Shown: positions 61,850-64,000 of the stretch, one piece after another
How the letters are laid out: each line of letters begins with the position of its first letter
Numbering within the stretch: position 1 is the stretch's first letter
NCBI RefSeq assembly: GCF_009914755.1
Contig: NC_060934.1
DNA: 64,000 nt
Direction: 5' to 3' (one strand)
Origin: the human T2T-CHM13v2.0 reference genome, Homo sapiens
Notes under the pieces: model-generated
Database searches by the model: none
What the model was told of the DNA's origin: nothing
The model's input: the letters and a program-made list of their open reading frames with translations, nothing else
Made by a program: the position numbers and the translations under genes

Positions 61850-62410
61850 GTGTACACAGAAAACCCGGAATTATCCTTGGCTTTTTTCTTCCTGTCACAA
61901 CCCATATCCTATCCATGTCAAAGCTTGATGGTTCTATATTCAAAGTATGTCTGGAGCCCGATCCCTTCTCACCACCTTCCTTGCTGCCACTGGGTCCAGC
62001 CACCACCTCTCATCTGAATTATTCCAGTGTCTTCTCTCTGGTCCCTGAGTTTCTCTTATTGCTCCTCTCCAGTTTCTTAGCAGCATTCCCCAGACTGATC
62101 CAGTTCACATACAGTCAGATCGTGTTGCTCTGTTGTTCAGAACCCTTCAGGGGCTTCCTAGTTCACAGAGTCCGAGCCAAAGTCCTTCAGGTTGCCCCAC
62201 ACGTCCACTTACCCCACTTGCCTGCTTTATTTTCTCCAAAGCACTTAGCATCGTTGAAAATTTTTTTTTATGAATTTATTTTGTTTCTTGCCTGTCTTCC
62301 CTTACCACAATTCGATCTCAGGAGGGTGGGATTTTTTCTGGCTTCTTCGCTACTGTATTTCCAGAGCCTAGAACAGCATGTATAGTAGGCACTGAATAAA
62401 CATTTGTTAG
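61850..62410 (+). mobile_element. L2 3' fragment
   Basis: CTGTATTTCCAGAGCCTAGAACAG...TAGTAGGCACTGAATAAACATTTGTT is a typical L2 end. Confidence 0.75.
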
Positions 62411-63357
62411 ATAAGGGTATTGCCTTTATATAAATAAAAAGCCAATTAAAAATACCACAAGTTTTTAAGCCATTTGCCATAAGCTAAGCTAAGCAGCTCA
62501 TTGTTTTACTGGCTTAAGCATCCATAAGCAGTTTGAAACTGAAATCCTGAGGGGTCTAATTGAAAAGATTTGTTTCCATCTGGAAAATAACGATATTCTG
62601 TCCTGAGATTACACACCTATCTCTGCCATGCACTCTCAAATCTTTTTTACAAAAATGTATCATACCGCTCTGTGGTAACTACTTATGACTAAAACAATTG
62701 AGTTTCACAACCCTTGGCAGCTAAGATTTCAGGGAGAACACTAGTATATGTTTTTAAATCATAGAATCTGCTTAGTGAGTATAAATAGGCATCACACACG
62801 TCTTCTGTAAGGAGCACACACCTAAGATTCCAATTCTTCTGACATGGGGAAAACCACCTCCAAGGCAAACCATCAGTTTGCCTTCCGCTTGCGCATAACA
62901 ATTCTTGCCATGCTCTGCTGCTGAGTGAAGCTATTTGTATTTCATCAGGGTGTTCTCTTGCCTGACTTTGCCCCTCTTCTCACCTATTCCTTCAGGAACC
63001 TTAAGATGCCAAATTAGTGCTATCATTATATTTCCATGGCTACCGATCAAAGTTCTGCACACACATGATTAGAATTCACAGCAGGATAAGCTGGACTATG
63101 TGATGGAATGGTCTTTATCCCAAAGCAAATACCTGATTACACAGGGAACAACAACAACAAAAAGGAGCCAAGTGAATGACGTGTGCAAAAGCCCTTCTTG
63201 TGAATCAGTTGAAAGATAACCTCCCTCCACACCCCTAATTCCTAAATCTCATAATGTGGGCAATCCTTGAATCCACCAAGGATTTTAAATACTTCACAGT
63301 CTTGTTTCTCTGATGTGGAATCTGTTAGATTATGGCTCCATTCATAGAAGTATGTCA

Positions 63358-63661
63358 TTTGTCCCTTAATATCCTCAGGGATTGGTTCCAGGACCCTGCA
63401 GATACCAAAATCTGGATGCTCAAGTCCCTGATAGAAAATGACATAGTATTTGCATATAATCTGTGCACATCCTCCTGTATACTTTAAATCATCTCTAGAT
63501 TACTTACAATACCCAACACAATGTAAATGCTATTTAAATAGTTATTATATGATATTTATTTGTATTATTTTTAATTCTTTTTTTGTTGCCGTTTTTTTCT
63601 GAATATTTTTTAACCAGGGTTGGTTGAATCCATGGACACATAACCCATGGATACTGACTGT
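63358..63661 (+). mobile_element. MER2 (TcMar-Tigger MITE)
   Basis: GGGGATTGGTTCCAGGACCC...GGATGCTCAAGTCCCT...ATACTTTAAATCATCTCTAGATTACTT. Confidence 0.85.
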
Positions 63662-63739
63662 GATTAATATTTGTGTTGTCTGCTTACTATGGGACCAATG
63701 AGATTTTGCAGGGATTTTTGTGTTGTTTGTTTGTTTTGG

Positions 63740-64000
63740 TGATTTTATTGAGCTTAACAGGTGTTAAGTTACGTAGATTTCAGTAAGACCTTTGGCAAAG
63801 TCTTTCCTTGTAAACAAGGAAATGTGTGTGTTAATGAATTGCACAGTGAATAGGATTCATTGCTGGTTACAGACTCTTCCCAAGATCGTTTTGGAGAGAG
63901 CTCAATCGTGGTGTGTCTCAGGTCTCTGCCCTTGCCCTGGCCTGTTTGCGCAGGGTATTGAGTATTTGGATAATGACTTAGAGGACATGTTTACCGAGTG
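63740..64000 (+). mobile_element. CR1/L3 reverse-transcriptase fragment
   Basis: TAGATTTCAGTAAGACCTTTGGCAAAGTC resembles the LDFSKAFDKV motif. Confidence 0.55.

Overview
Primate (very likely human) genomic DNA. The only protein-coding gene is PRPF18 (pre-mRNA processing factor 18, a second-step splicing factor) on the + strand. It has a CpG-island promoter at about 21.7-22.3 kb and coding exons 1-9 (22088-51559), which encode 316 of the 342 aa I recall for the protein. The last exon is not in the window and should lie beyond 64000. Intron 1 holds a sense MER51-like ERV1 solo LTR and an antisense RPL6 processed pseudogene. The 21 kb upstream is almost entirely nested transposon debris (Alu, L1, MaLR/ERVL LTRs, hAT elements). 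I found no CRISPR, rRNA, tRNA or new multi-gene system. The most interesting signals are: (i) an in-frame 27-nt microexon (PINEKPSGE) with a downstream RBFOX motif in a transposon-free intron 2; (ii) unusual 3' splice sites in a gene whose product acts in 3' splice-site choice, namely an Alu inserted at the exon 4 branch point, a tandem duplication creating a decoy acceptor at exon 5 and a tandem acceptor at exon 3; (iii) all nine introns in phase 0; (iv) an Alu flanked by a 156-bp direct duplication; and (v) an L1 with a probable short 3' transduction. Repeat subfamily names come from my memory of consensus sequences, and repeat boundaries are approximate.
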